64,000 bases of DNA from the human T2T-CHM13v2.0 reference genome, Homo sapiens: NCBI RefSeq assembly GCF_009914755.1, contig NC_060937.1; one strand, written 5' to 3'. The position numbers and the translations under genes are program-made. The notes below the pieces were generated by a model. That model saw only the letters and a program-made list of their open reading frames with translations, was not told the origin of the DNA and made no database searches. The first letter of the stretch is position 1, and each line of letters opens with the position of its first letter. This document shows, piece after piece, positions 40,200 through 53,675 of this stretch.

Positions 40200-41350
40200 G
40201 GTGCTCCCATGCAGCTTTGACATTTTTGCAAGCTACTTCCACTGAAAAACTCTTGGACGCTAGCAAATCATTCCCTTGATTCTGTTCTCCTTCAAGCTAG
40301 TACCCTACCTCTATAACCTGCCCTTGATTCTTCTTTACTTGTCTTTCATTATTTTGGTCTTTGCAATATGATTTCCAGTTTCACCACTTGACACTCTTCT
40401 TAAATATCACAAATGCTTTCCAAATTCCTTCTTTAGAAATCTTCATATCCAATTAAACTTTTCATCTGGGCGTCCCACAGATATTTCTCCTTACATACTC
40501 TGTGCTCCCAAATGTCCAGCAGTTAACTTTTAATTGCTCTCACAATTTCTCCCTCTTTCTGCTCCAATTGTTGTAATTTTAGAGTATCTACATAGATCTA
40601 GTTGCCTACGTTACAACCCATGAAGTCATATTCAACTCTTTCCTTTTATTTATCATCCCCAATACAATCAATTACAGGGTTTTATGACTTTTGTCTCTAG
40701 AATAAACTCTTCTCAGTATTGTCCTTTTTTTAAACCTCTCTGTCCCTACATTAGGTTATGTTTCTGTCATTTCTCATTGGATTCATACCATTTTCAGGTC
40801 AAGAGGGATGCAATATTTTGTGTATTTGATGGATATGCCAAATTAGCCTCAGAGATTATACCAAATTTCATTCTTGCTGATAAGGGATTGTTAATTTTAA
40901 GGAATCCTTCCCAAAGCTAATTATTGTCTTCAAAAACAACTTCAGCAATCCTTTAGGTAAATATTCCATTTTGAAGTTCTAATCACATTACTAATAAGGT
41001 TGAACACTTTTTAGCCTCCATATCTTTATGCAAGTCAAAGCTGGATCTAAATCTCCTGCTTAAAATCTTTCATGGCTTCCCATTGCCATGAGATGAGATC
41101 TGAAATCCTTGGCATGACAGTTAATGCTTTTCACTATCTGGCCCCCAAATATTTTTTCAAATTATATTTCACCCTATCACCCTCCCCTCCTCCATGGAGT
41201 AATAGGGAGTGCAGAAGGAGGGTAAGATGGTGAATTCTTTGAGGTCAGCAGCTGTGCCTTTCCTCTCTCCTACTACTGTAATCCCAGCTCTAGCACGTAA
41301 TAGGTGCTTAATGAGTAGAAAGGTGATGAGTGAGAATGAGTGAATGGGAA
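40200..41350 (+). mobile_element. Degraded L2 fragments
   Basis: CCTGCTTAAAATCTTTCATGGCTTCCCATTGC and a GAATGAGTGAAT tail. Confidence 0.55.
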
Positions 41351-41741
41351 TGAAGGCTTTAGTGGAGAGAAAGGCAAAGAGGAATTAGGGACAAGAAATA
41401 GCATCGGGTGGTAGACGGTGGTGGATGGTGTGCTAGAGACATCCAGGGCTTATGGTTCCGAAGTGACTGTCCTCCATAATGTCACCCATCAATAGAGGCT
41501 AGGATATAAAAGTAGATCATTTAGGATAATTCACGAAAATGCACACACAACTGTACATGTTGTTAATCTTGTGCAATGTATCTGGAAAAGTGAAGAAGTC
41601 ATTTTCTTGAGACTATAACAGCAATCCCTGTGCCAGCAATCTTAGGACAGGACTTTTTTAGCTGGCTGCAACCCCACCCCTACTCTCTGAGCTCCAAACC
41701 TAGTAGTTCCCTTGTAGGGATTTGCCGACTTTCCTCCACCT

Positions 41742-41906
41742 CCACCAAATGGCAGCAGCCAGGCACCGCAGCTTTGCACAGCTCCAGTTACCTGGCCTCT
41801 CCTTGAGTTTCCCCTCTTCACCTGGGTCCCTGGACAGCTCCCTTTCTGTCAGCACCGCCGGTAGAGGGCAGCTCCAGCATCGTCCCTGCTGCACCCTCTA
41901 GTGGCC
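41742..41906. promoter_or_regulatory. Cluster of three CTCF-like motifs
   Basis: CCACCAAATGGCAGCA (+, 41742), CCGGTAGAGGGCAGC (+, 41858), GGCCACTAGAGGGTGCAGC (-, 41888-41906). Confidence 0.6.
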
Positions 41907-41945
41907 GTTAGGATGTTGCATAACTTGAGAAACAGCTTTCCAGCT

Positions 41946-42556
<611 letters not shown>

Positions 42557-44360
42557 TAACCGGGAAACAATCTATGTAATCCTACAATATCACAAGGCAT
42601 TAACTGTGCTCATCTATTCTCTGAGGCAAGGCTCTTATTCCACACATGGCTCAGGCAGAGTTTGAATCCATTGTTGAGGGGGCTTGGCAACAGCTCCAAA
42701 TCTCCCCACTCTTATCTTAGGGCACAGAGACTCATCTGTGTATTGAGTTCCAGGAACATCTTTACATAACCCCAGAGTTCCATAAAGGCAATGTGTAAAT
42801 TCAGCTCCAATAATGACTCGGAGTTCTGTGGATGATTTACAATCTATGTGATAAGACCACCAATTGGTGTTATGATGCTACGTATTTTGATTAATTGCAA
42901 TACAGGGCAACACATAGAAATTCAGAACGGTAGGACTGCCACCGACAATCTTGATCTTAAAATAAAGAGCAGTGTGAAGAAGCCATCTAGCCTGTAACCT
43001 TTGTATTCAGATGCTGCTCCCATTTTTAGGCTGACTGACTCTCACGGCTCATGCTCATTTTACTTAGGGGAAGAAAACAACCCTCAGATACTAGAGAGTC
43101 TTTCCCTAAACTCCCAGCCTCGCTGCAGCACAGCCCATGCTCCAACTGTCAGTCTGATGCCCCAGCTGTCATTTCCTTCCTGCTGCTCCTCTCCCCAGAG
43201 TCTAATGGAGTCTCCTTGAGGCAGCTGAAGGAGTGACAGATAGACATGTTGTATAGTGGGGCCATTTGCGGCAGCCACGTGAGGTGTGGAAAATGTGATT
43301 TATAGATATTTTTTTCCCCAGGGGAAAATGGATTTCATTATTTTCCACCTCAGGTAAGGGGCAAACCTCTGGGCTTGACCTTGGAAGGTTGTGCAGCTAG
43401 AATAGTGCTGCCTGAAATGCTGATATAAAGTAAAACCTCATTAAATCAATATTGGTTATTCAAAATCATGCTTGATTGGAGCCAACTGCTTTTCTTCAGC
43501 AGCCTGATGCCCCATTCTTTCTTGAGCAAAAATATGAGATACTCTGAAGTGAGTTAAGTTGGTTAAGTTTTTTTCTGGTCCTTAAAGTTTCAAATTAATA
43601 CAGTTTTATTATGTTTCAAATGGAAGACAGTTCTAAAACACCAAGTCCAATATTGATTATAATCTACCACTATCACATGTATGTTTATTAACAAAAATCC
43701 TGTTTCCATAAAAAAGTCATGCATTTTCTCTTCCCATTTATATAGGTGCACAATGTCTGCTTATTGGAATAAATAAGCTGTGGGTCCCTAGGCAAATTGA
43801 AGTTATGTAAATAAACAGCCAGTGGCTAATTATCCATGGCAGTGAGCTGCTGGGACAGCTGATGGATAAATTCTGTTGTCAATCTTAAAGTCTTCTAGCC
43901 AGAGTGAGGCCAGGCTGAAGGAACTGGGAGAAGGTGTGAGATCCCAGGTGACCTTCAACAATTTTATGTGCCATCTTTTCACCAAATCAAATCAGTGGTA
44001 GCAGACATTATCAGTGGTCATTTGGGTTTTCATTAAAGGACATTGAAGTGTCTCAGAAGAGATTACGCATTCAATTAGAGGCCTGGTTCATCTGCAAATT
44101 ATTAAGTAGCAGGTGTATGTTTATCTTCATGATCACTCCAGAAAGTCCTGATTGTGCCCACAGTGTACAGATTACCAGAATGTTAGGTACTCTGAGGCCT
44201 TCAGAGGCAGTACTGTATATTTGTATGTTTGCCATCCATTGACTAAAGAGTTTTTAAGATTTAATTGAGGCAGGGCATTGGATTGAATATCTCCTTCATA
44301 TCATCCCTTCCTTCTTTCCCTAGCTTCTCCCTCTGGTTGAAGCCAGGGTAGTGGCTATTG

Positions 44361-44637
44361 TTTATGTCTTTATTTATATCTTTATTTTTTTTGAGACAGG
44401 GTCTCAGTCTGTTGCCCAGGCTGGAATGCAGTGGCACAATCATGGCTCTCTGTAGCCTTGACCTCCTGTGCTTAAGCGATTATCCCATCTTAGCCTCACT
44501 AGTAGCTGGGATCATGGGTGTACGACACCATACCCAGCTAATTAATTTTTTTTTTTTTTTAAGACACAAGGTCTCGCTATGTTGCCCTGGTTGGTCTTGA
44601 ATTCCTGGGCTCAAGCGATCTCCCTGCTTCGGCCACC
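44361..44637 (-). mobile_element. AluJ, 5'-truncated
   Basis: Antisense Alu lacking the first ~40 nt of the left monomer. Confidence 0.92.
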
Positions 44638-44745
44638 TATGTCAGTGTGGCCTTGGAGACAACCATGCAAGCCTATTTTAAGAAAATCTGCTACATGAAA
44701 AATGGAATTTATAAAACCAGGAAATGAGGGCATGGCCACTCTTTT

Positions 44746-44885
44746 GGCACCCTAGCCCACCCCCACATGGCAGCTCAAAAAATTTTTAGGAAATTGTACA
44801 TGAAAGCCACACATTTATTTTTTCAGCATTGGCAATGATGATTATTTAAGTGTTTAATCACCCAATGTTCACCCCAAAGTGCAAA
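44746..44885 (+). repeat. 140-bp perfect direct repeat, copy 1
   Basis: Identical base by base to 46155-46294. Confidence 0.97.
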
Positions 44886-46154
44886 GGATTCCTTCCAGAT
44901 TCCTGTAAACCATGAACTTTCCTGGGAATATTTTTGGTGTTTTTAAATTTGCTCACTGTTCTTTTTAGGTGCTTCTCTATGGAGTGACCAAGGACGCTCT
45001 TAGGTGGCACAGAGGGACACTTGGATTGGAAAAGTTTGGGGAACATTAACACAGCCAGGAGGCCTGTAATCCAGGGTGGCTGGTTTGGAAGAGCCACTGA
45101 GGACATTCTGCAAATTAGACATTGCGCTTTTATCTACCCCTTGCCCTCATTAATTTTCCCCAATACATTGTTTTCCCAGGATTGCAATGAAATGTACCTT
45201 GTTCATGATTTGTCTAGTCATAATTAGAGTCTTCCTTTCTCTTGTTAGACAGTAATGCCAATAATGACTGCAAACATTTTGTCTCCTTTTAGAAAGGCAC
45301 AGAGCCAAAATCATTATATCTGTGAGTTGATGTCAGATTTATAATGCAGAGATGCAAGCTTCACACTCCATATGTATGCCAAATTTTTATTAATCCTTTG
45401 GAAGGTTTAAACTGTGCATTAAGAAGATATCCTGTTTTTTTTTTTTTTTTTCCTGATGATTTTTCTTTTGGTCTTATTTATTTGTGCCGAAAAGCCAGAG
45501 CTTTCTGTTTACCATGACTCATTTTTAGAGGAGGTGAGTGGGAGTAAAGAGAGATGCAGGGAAGAGGAGTGGTAATGTGAAAAGTGAAGAGGAAAGATGG
45601 GTAAGGAAGGGTCTAGGGAGAATTGTAAAGGGAGAGGAGGGAAAGCTTAAGGGAGGAAGGAGGAGAGACTTAGGAACAAAGACAAGAGGTGGTGTGGGTG
45701 TGTGTATGTGTGTGGTGTGTGTGTTAGGGAAAATAGAGCGTTTAGAAAGAAACAGACAAAACAGAGGGAAAAGTTAACTTGATTGACTTGTTTTGGCCAG
45801 TTATCTTCACCTGTGCTTATACTCAGATATGCCAAAGAATAGTTTAAAAATAGACTGAATTTATCACATGTGGCTGAGCAGATTGCTCCCAAGGGAGTGT
45901 TTTCCTGGGCCCAAATTGTAGGATCCCACCAATTTTGCACTGCAGAAGAGGTAATTTACTTCACACAAGTGAGCACTTGGCTTCCCAGGAGAGTATTTCT
46001 TTCTTTCTGGCTCATGACAGAATGGGGTCCAATATTCCCAGCCTTGTTGGTGGGAATTACAAACCCATAAACCAAGGAAGGGAGATAATGAATGGATCTT
46101 GATATTACTTGGATGCGAGAAAGACAGCACCATCTTTTCTAGACTCTTGACTTG

Positions 46155-46294
46155 GGCACCCTAGCCCACCCCCACATGGCAGCTCAAAAAATTTTTAGGA
46201 AATTGTACATGAAAGCCACACATTTATTTTTTCAGCATTGGCAATGATGATTATTTAAGTGTTTAATCACCCAATGTTCACCCCAAAGTGCAAA
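46155..46294 (+). repeat. 140-bp perfect direct repeat, copy 2
   Basis: Identical base by base to 44746-44885. Confidence 0.97.
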
Positions 46295-46412
46295 ATTCTC
46301 AATTCCCTCCCAAGCCACTGGGAAAATAGGTTTGGAGTCTGATGAGCTGCCTGCTGCTGGCTCCCCTGTTTTCTGGCATCAAGGTTTCTCAATAGTGAAC
46401 TCAACAGTTGCA

Positions 46413-46711
46413 TTTTCTTTTTTTCTTTTTTTTTTTTTTGAGACAGAGTCTCACTCTGTCACCAGGCTGGAGGCACAATCTCGGCTTACTGCAACCTCCA
46501 CCTCCTGGCTTCAAGCGATTCTCGTGCCTCAGCCTCCCTAGTAGCTGGGACTACAGGCATATGCCACCACACCCAGCTAATTTTTGTGTTTTTTGTACAG
46601 ATGAGGTTTCACCATGTTGGCCAGGATGGTCTCGATCTCCTGACCTCGTGATCGGCCCTCATCGGTCTCTCAAAGTGCTAGGATTACAGGCATGAGCCAC
46701 TGCGCCCGGCC
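46413..46711 (-). mobile_element. AluSc-like
   Basis: GGATGGTCTCGATCTCCTGACCTCGTGATC; TSD AACAGTTGCATTTT. Confidence 0.95.
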
Positions 46712-47489
46712 AACAGTTGCATTTTTCACCTGGTTTACTATCAGAAAACCAGGGAGCAGATAATTGTATTTCATGAGTCGATGGTGAAGGTACTCAGTTC
46801 CAGCCAAGGTCAAGAGGCTGATAATGTTCAACCAGGAGAAACAGTTTGTGTGAGAGAATTCATTTCCAGGTGCTCATTTTTACTGGAGGAAAGAATCTCA
46901 CTTGGATTCCTTTGTATTCTTCTCCAACATGAAACAGAAAGTTCAGAATCCTCAGCCACTCTGGGGACCCTTGCTGAATTGGTGTGAGTGCAAGACTTCC
47001 TGGAAGACTAGAGGCTCTGGCTTTTAGGAGGATTCTCAACTTTCATGGATCTCCTCAAACCTACTAAGAAAGAAAATAAAAGTACGTGCCTGCAAATATC
47101 CTCCTCGATGGGCAGCAAATGTGCTGGGACCTTGCCACCTGGTTGTATTGGACAAGGAAATGAATGTCACCCTCCAGTCACACACAGGGCTGCTCCTGCC
47201 TCTGTCTGGAGCAAAATCAAGATGCTTCCCCAGAAGTGCTCCAACTGCCCCATGTGTGCCAGGCTTAGCCATCTAACATGTATAAATATCCAACATTCAT
47301 CCCTCCATATTATAGATCAGCATTGTGGTCTATAATTATCTACCCCCCAGGATGACTCTGCAGTTTTCTGGGATTCCTGTTTTGATCATTTTCCAATGGA
47401 ATTTGAGGAAGAGAGAAAGGGGAGACCTAGACTCCCCTCTTTGCTCTAGAAAAAAATGCACCAAAACAGGGTGAGAATGAAGGCAAACC

Positions 47490-47795
47490 TGTGAAGCCCG
47501 TGAATCTGTGAATGCTGTTCCACCAACTTGGAACACCCTTCTCTCTCCTATCAGCACCCGTTTACCTCAATTTTATTCATTTGTCAAGACTTATTAAGTC
47601 TCATCTGCTTCATGAAGACTTTCCCATCTATGTGTTCTCTCCCTCCCCTAGTCTCCTATGGTACCTACAATCTCTACCAGAATCTAATGTGAATGCAGAC
47701 CATGTCTTGTATTTCTTCTCTCCTCCTTGCCTCCTTCCTGTGCCCCACACGGTGCTGGTCCATAATAAGCTTCAAGCAGTGTTTGTTGATCGACA
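47490..47795 (+). mobile_element. L2 3' fragments
   Basis: TGCTGTTCCACCAACTTGGAACACCCTT..GACCATGTCTTGTATTTC. Confidence 0.55.
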
Positions 47796-49249
47796 AATTA
47801 AGATGAGCTCATTCTCCTTTCTGTAGCAGGAAACTGGAGCCATAGAAGTCATATTGCATGTCTCATGTGCAAGACTATCCCAATGGATTCCTGGGTCTGG
47901 ACTTTCATTACAGGGCAATCTTAAGGGTAAAAGAATCTTCCCCTGTCCCCATCCCTCTTTTATTCTCTCTACTATTATTTTATATAGACGAGGTTGAGAT
48001 AAAATGATGGTGATATGAGAAGGGCAGGGCCCCAGGCAGGGGGAAGGTCACCAAAGGTGAAGCTTGAGACAGTGTGTGGAGTCCAACTTGTTGAGCTTTC
48101 TGATGGTGGGGAGTGTGTGAATGTGTCTTGGGATCAGGCTTTTCAGAGGTCACTCTTCAGTCCTCCCAGAGACCTCTAAACAAATAGTGTGATTACAATG
48201 AGAACCTGAATGAACACCAGGAGGACAAAGAGCAGGGGCAGCCACTCTGCTATTAAGATTGGTGATGGTGGGCTGGTCATGGAAAGATTCACAGGGGAGG
48301 AGACCTTTAAACTGGGTTGCAAGACTGTGTCAGAGTCATGGTCCTTTAGCCTCATCAGTAGGAAGGGCTCCTAAAAGTCCTACAGAGGGATGCCCTGGTT
48401 CCAGGGCCCTGGATAGTGGCACACATGGGTACCTGTAGCACGAGTGCTCTCTCCTGGGCTGCCACAGACCCAGGAGCTTGGAGCGAGGCGGTGGGGTGCT
48501 CTGGTGATTTTGCCACCCTGTTCCCCAGGTACACAGAGCTGCCTCAGAGTCTTCCAGCTGCCTTGCTTGGGGACAAGGATGGCCAAGGCTGGCTGCTGGT
48601 GTTGTAGTGAGTCTCATAGCTTTCTCTAATGGTGGGGAAACAGACATTTGCTCTGGAGATTGAGCTCAAACTGGAAGTGGTGGGGACCAAAGGCTCAATC
48701 TCAGAGCGCTCTTGTCAGGGATGTCTGTCAGAGTGAAGATCCAATAGGCCACCCCTCTCTGGGAGTCGTCAAGTCACTGCTCATCAGGCCCATGAATGGG
48801 GAATAGCTTAGTGCTGAGAGGCAGTGGCAGCGTAATAAGAACCGTGCACATCACCATTAATTTAAACAACTAGAACGTGGCTCTTGTTCGGATGCTTGCC
48901 AAGCCTTGTGCTTTTCAATGCTACTGCCAGCATTTGCTGGGAACCTGTTCGCTTTGGCAGCTCTGGGTAACAGTTTGGCCCCAGAAAGCTTTGTTTAAAA
49001 TGAAATGATCTGAATTGAAACCAAGGAGAGGTGCTTTGCTGTGGTGCAATCACAAGCTGCCTTCTGTCTTTGGACACTGTTGAGTGAAACGGCACCAGAA
49101 AAGAGCTCAGGAGTCACAATTGCGACCCTGCGGGCTCCAATGGAGGCCCCATGGGGCCTGCGGTGGGACTGCAGGATGTGCTGGAAACATCGCTGTACAA
49201 TTTTTCTCTGTGGTGTGGCGTTCTGAGCAGGTTGAAAGTTGATTATTAC

Positions 49250-49830
49250 TGACCCATCCAACCATTCACTTGAAAATATTTATTGAACATTTCAGATGTG
49301 CAAGGCAGGTCTACAAATGTAGCTTATGTTCCCTGGGGTTCACAGTCCAATCATAACCACTGATACCTGAGCAGTGGATTGAATGACTAGTGTGGATCTG
49401 ATTGCTAAATAATGAATTTAGCAATTTGGTCATTCAGTCAATCATTCTTTCATTTACGTGATTTAACCTACGTTCATTAAGTGATTTCTGATTGCCAAGG
49501 AAGTGTGCTGACTTTTTTTTTTTTTTTGGCACTCAACTTTTCATGGAGGTGGCAGATGCATCCCTATGGAAACAGTGCGATTTCAGTGAAGACACCCTGT
49601 GAATGCCTGGAGGGCTCACAGCAGTCAACTTGGCTGTTAGGGTTGGTGGCAGGCAGCTGGGTCATGGAGGCTTCACAAGAGCAGGAGGCATTAGAGTTGG
49701 GCTTTGAGAGAGGAGAATTGTCAGAAAAAGAAGAGAAGAGGGAGTGAAAGCCAGAGGGAAGGTGATCTAGGGCAGAGGCCCTAGCATGGCAAAGGCACAG
49801 AGAAGCGACGATGCTGGGCACACGGTATGG
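49250..49830 (-). mobile_element. L2 3' fragments
   Basis: CATTCACTTGAAAATATTTATTGAAC and GCATGGCAAAGGCACAGAG. Confidence 0.55.
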
Positions 49831-51089
49831 CCAGAGTCGATGTGGGCAGGTGGAGCAATGAGCTAGCCCTTATTTCTTGGGGCTCTGTCTGTAAATGCTG
49901 AATTAGTATGCTGCTGAAATGAAATCTTAGAAGATTCAAAATTCTACAATCTGACTTTGAACTGAAGCACTAAAAATGTAGGCAAGACACAGCCAAACAT
50001 TCAAAATGCAAATTCGCCTTCATGTTTCAAACTGGAAGCCTAAATTAATGTTGTTTGTTTTTCTAAATCCTCTACCTGTTTGCTGAGAAAAGCCTCCAAA
50101 TTTCCTGGAAAGGTGATCATAGTAAGAATGTCACGGATATACTTTAAAAACATCTGCTTCATTCTTCATTTAGTTCTGAGGGTGAAAGCAGTTTGCCTAT
50201 AGGAGAGGAATTGGGGATGAAGGAAGTGTTTTTATTGGCTGGGTCACCAAGCCTGCTAATTCCAATTCTGAGAAGAGGATTTTTAATGAGAGCTATTGCT
50301 ATTTTGGATTTCTAGAAGGTAAAATTTCAGGGGCAATCTGTATGTTTTAACAAATTATGCTATTATGGACAAAGCTAGAATTGCTTCTAATCATTTCACA
50401 AGGGACATTTTAAAAGTTGCAGACAATTTTGCTATTTTGTCAGTGTGGGAAGGACCCATTTAAACTTTCCAACTGTATTAATTTTTAATTTAAATTTAAT
50501 GAAATTAATTCAAATTAAGAAGGTGACCATTATCAATTTTGTTTCCTATTAGTTTCTTAATGCTTTGGCAAATTGCATTCTAAACTTCTCCTTCAATGAG
50601 CTGGATACATATTCATGGGTTTCCTAAGAAAAGATGAATTTGATCTTGATATGCTAATCCCATAGCCATGGCAGCAATCAAGGAGCAGCTAGGGAGAGAA
50701 GTGCATTCTGGTATTAATTATGAATCAGGCATTAAGAACTGGTAAATAATTAAAGCTTCATATGTCACAACACAAGTTAAGGATCAGTATGTTTTTCCAT
50801 TACCAAATGCATTTTAGGGGCTACTTCTAGTCCCATTTCGATACTGCTTGAACATAAAATGAAATGTAGATAGGTAACTCTCATTCGTAGTAAACTCATA
50901 GTACAAATTTTTAACTTATTGAACAGCTGGTATAGAAATAAATTTCATTTCAGAAGCAGAGGCCCAGTATTTCTGGGAGATTTTGGATCATTGACCTTCC
51001 CCACTACTCCTGAATTTTTTTCAGTCTTTGGAGAGCCTGTGCAGAATAATCATGTATTGGGCAGGAGGTTGAAGTAGATGTTCCTGAGG

Positions 51090-51257
51090 GTTTTGCTACT
51101 CAAAGTGTGGTCCACAGACCAGCAGCATCTGCATTACCTGGGAGCCAGTTAAAAATGCAGAGTCTCAGGCCCATCCAGACCCACTGAATCAGAATCCACA
51201 TTTAAGCAAGTTTTCCAGATGATTTGTTTGTACAGTGAAGTTTGAGAAGCTCTGCTA
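51090..51257. mobile_element. MER5A MITE
   Basis: CTCAAAGTGTGGTCCACAGACCAGCAGCATC..AAGTTTGAGAAGC. Confidence 0.9.
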
Positions 51258-51439
51258 AGGTGCCTTTCCTTTTGGGAAACTGGTGACTTTCCAACTTCCT
51301 GTATTTCTTCTTCTACACTGGAAAGGAGACCAAGTTCTACTTTGTCCCTCCCAGTATTCTAAATGACCACAGCTGTCCCCATCAGACTGTGAGGGGTTGG
51401 ATACCTCTGAAGCCCATCTGAATGCCTCCAGGATGCTGG

Positions 51440-51640
51440 AAGCACTGGTCTTGGATTTGAATCCTGGATCTGATCTTTATGATCTTAAGCAAGTTACCAA
51501 TCTCTTGGAGGCTCAGCTCCAGTGAGAGTAGCACTGCCTGTCTCAGAGGGCTGCAGTGAGGGGGTAAATGAAACAACATATATAGGAAATGATGCCTGTT
51601 AGCACTCTGCAAACGGCAGCCCTGATAGTGATTATGGTGA
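51440..51640 (+). mobile_element. MIR
   Basis: GGATTTGAATCCTGG..GATCTTAAGCAAGTTAC. Confidence 0.7.
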
Positions 51641-51753
51641 TGATGATGATGATGGCACTGAGGAAAAAGTAACTTCTAAAAGAACGAATTGACAACCAGG
51701 AAAGAGATGATTAGCTCATTGGACAATGAAAATAAGCTTTAAAACTAATCATA

Positions 51754-52055
51754 GGCTACTGCAGTGGCTCATACCTGTAATCCTAGCACTTCGGGAGGTT
51801 GAGGTGAAGGATTGTTTGAGGCCAGGAGTTTGAGACTAGCCTGGGCAACATAACAAGACCTCATTTCTACAAAAAATAAATATTAAAAAAATTAGCTGGG
51901 CATGGTGGCACACACCTGCAGTCCCAGCTACTCAGGAGGCTGAAGTGGGAGGATCACTTGAGCCCAGGAGTTCAAGGCTGCAGTGAACGATGATAGCACC
52001 ACTGCACTCCAGCCTGGGCAACAGAGTGAGATCCTGCCTCAAAGAAAAAAGAAAA
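51754..52055 (+). mobile_element. AluJo-like
   Basis: Full-length Alu; TSD AAAA(C/G)TAATC(A/C)TA. Confidence 0.95.
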
Positions 52056-53427
52056 GTAATCCTAGACTGCATCATGATGGTCTCTGCCTGACAGAATGAA
52101 TGAAAGTTTAAAGGAGAGGTTTTTTTTGGCATGGGTTTTGGAAGAAGAGGAGTAGTATTCTCAGAGAGTGAAACTTACCCAGAAAAACAGAGGAGAGTTT
52201 AAAGGGAAACCCCATTGCTACCTTTTTTGGCCTCTTTACTCTGTTTTTACTTTCTTCATATCACAATGCTGTACCAATTTTACCAAGTACACATTTGTCC
52301 CTTCATGAAGATATCGCACTCTCCTCTGGAGGGAAAAGTAAGTACCATTTTTGCTTTTTCTGAAGTTTAAATTAATGAGGAAGGACAAGTAAATGTTTGA
52401 AGTACCAAAGTCTAAAACCTCAATTTAAAAATTTCAACTTTATGAAGTTTACTTAAAATGATTGTTCTCAGTGACTCCTATCATCCTATCATGCCCCCAA
52501 ACACAGTGACTGCCCATCGTGGAATTCAGCTTCTCTCTTATTTTCCACCCTATAGAATCCCCTTTCTTCAGTTCCCCTCAGCCACTCCTGTTCCCAAGAA
52601 GTATGAAAATGATATTTATTATAATAATAAATGTTGGCCTCTTCAAAGATAGAAAGAACTGTTCGTAGGATGGGGTTAAGGGACCAGATGCCAAGGAATG
52701 TTTTCATTGTCTTTTCAAAATGCTGAGGGAAAAGGAGAATGAGCAAGCTTTGGTATTTCCCATTAGCAGCTGCAGGGCACAAGGTCACGGGCTCTGGCCC
52801 TGCAGGAACATAAGAATACCGAATACGAAAGACTCCTTCCTTATTCTCTGTAAGGCACACCGTGGAATTACCCATTATGGCCATGAATTGCCACTTTATT
52901 TTCAAAGCCATGAAAGACAAGAAAAGCCAAATTAAAAAAAAAATCCTCATCTTAAATCTTTTCAATTTTTAAGTCTGTAAATATAGGGGTCAGGACAAGA
53001 GGTCTTTCTTTCAAAACATACCTTATGTCAGGTTGCACCATTGTGTAATATTTAGCAAGCAATATTTATCTCATCTGGGAGGTTAAGGATTTTTACCAGC
53101 TCTACTCACAAAGCAATTTATGGCCACATGCTGAAATTTATTAGAATTAGGTCTTCAACTTTCCATTTACATCTTGGGCACTGAGTTTGATTGGGTGTTG
53201 ATTGGTTCTGAGGCTTTGCACTTGGTTCCAAAATTGGTGGCTTGCAGAATCTATGAGGTGGGAAGAAGGATGAGAGGATAAGGGGAGTTGCTAAGGTCTG
53301 ACCTCAGAAATTTCCTTAACTGGAATTAATTTCTCCCTCCTGTCTTCTGGAGCACTGCGTACCTCACTTTAGGCACATGTCTGGCATGCCTAGTACTATG
53401 TATTGTCCTCATTTGGGGACCTGCAGC

Positions 53428-53675
53428 TCAGCAATGTGGCAAAGTCATTAAGGACTCGGAAGCCAACTACCTGTGCTTTTATCCTGCCTCTGCCACCAAT
53501 TATCTGTGGAAGCCTAGGCAAGATATTCTCTGCTTCAGTCCCCTTATTTGCAAAATGTAGATGGTAGTAGTACCTTCCTTAGAGGGTCATAGTGAAAATT
53601 CAGTGGTTGAGTTAATACATGCAATGCAATTGAAACTGCCTGGCGTATAATAATTGGTGTGTTTGCTTGCTATTT
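53428..53675 (+). mobile_element. MIR
   Basis: CTCTGCCAC..CTAGGCAAG..AAAATGTAGATGGTAGTAGTACC. Confidence 0.75.

Noticed and set aside
44746-46294. 140-bp direct repeats as LTRs of a new small retroelement
   Set aside because: No TG..CA termini, PBS, adjacent PPT, outer TSD or coding capacity; templated duplication is simpler.
47811-47930. Possible exon after the acceptor-like CTCCTTTCTGTAG
   Set aside because: No strong donor or linked exons; such motifs are common by chance and need RNA-seq.
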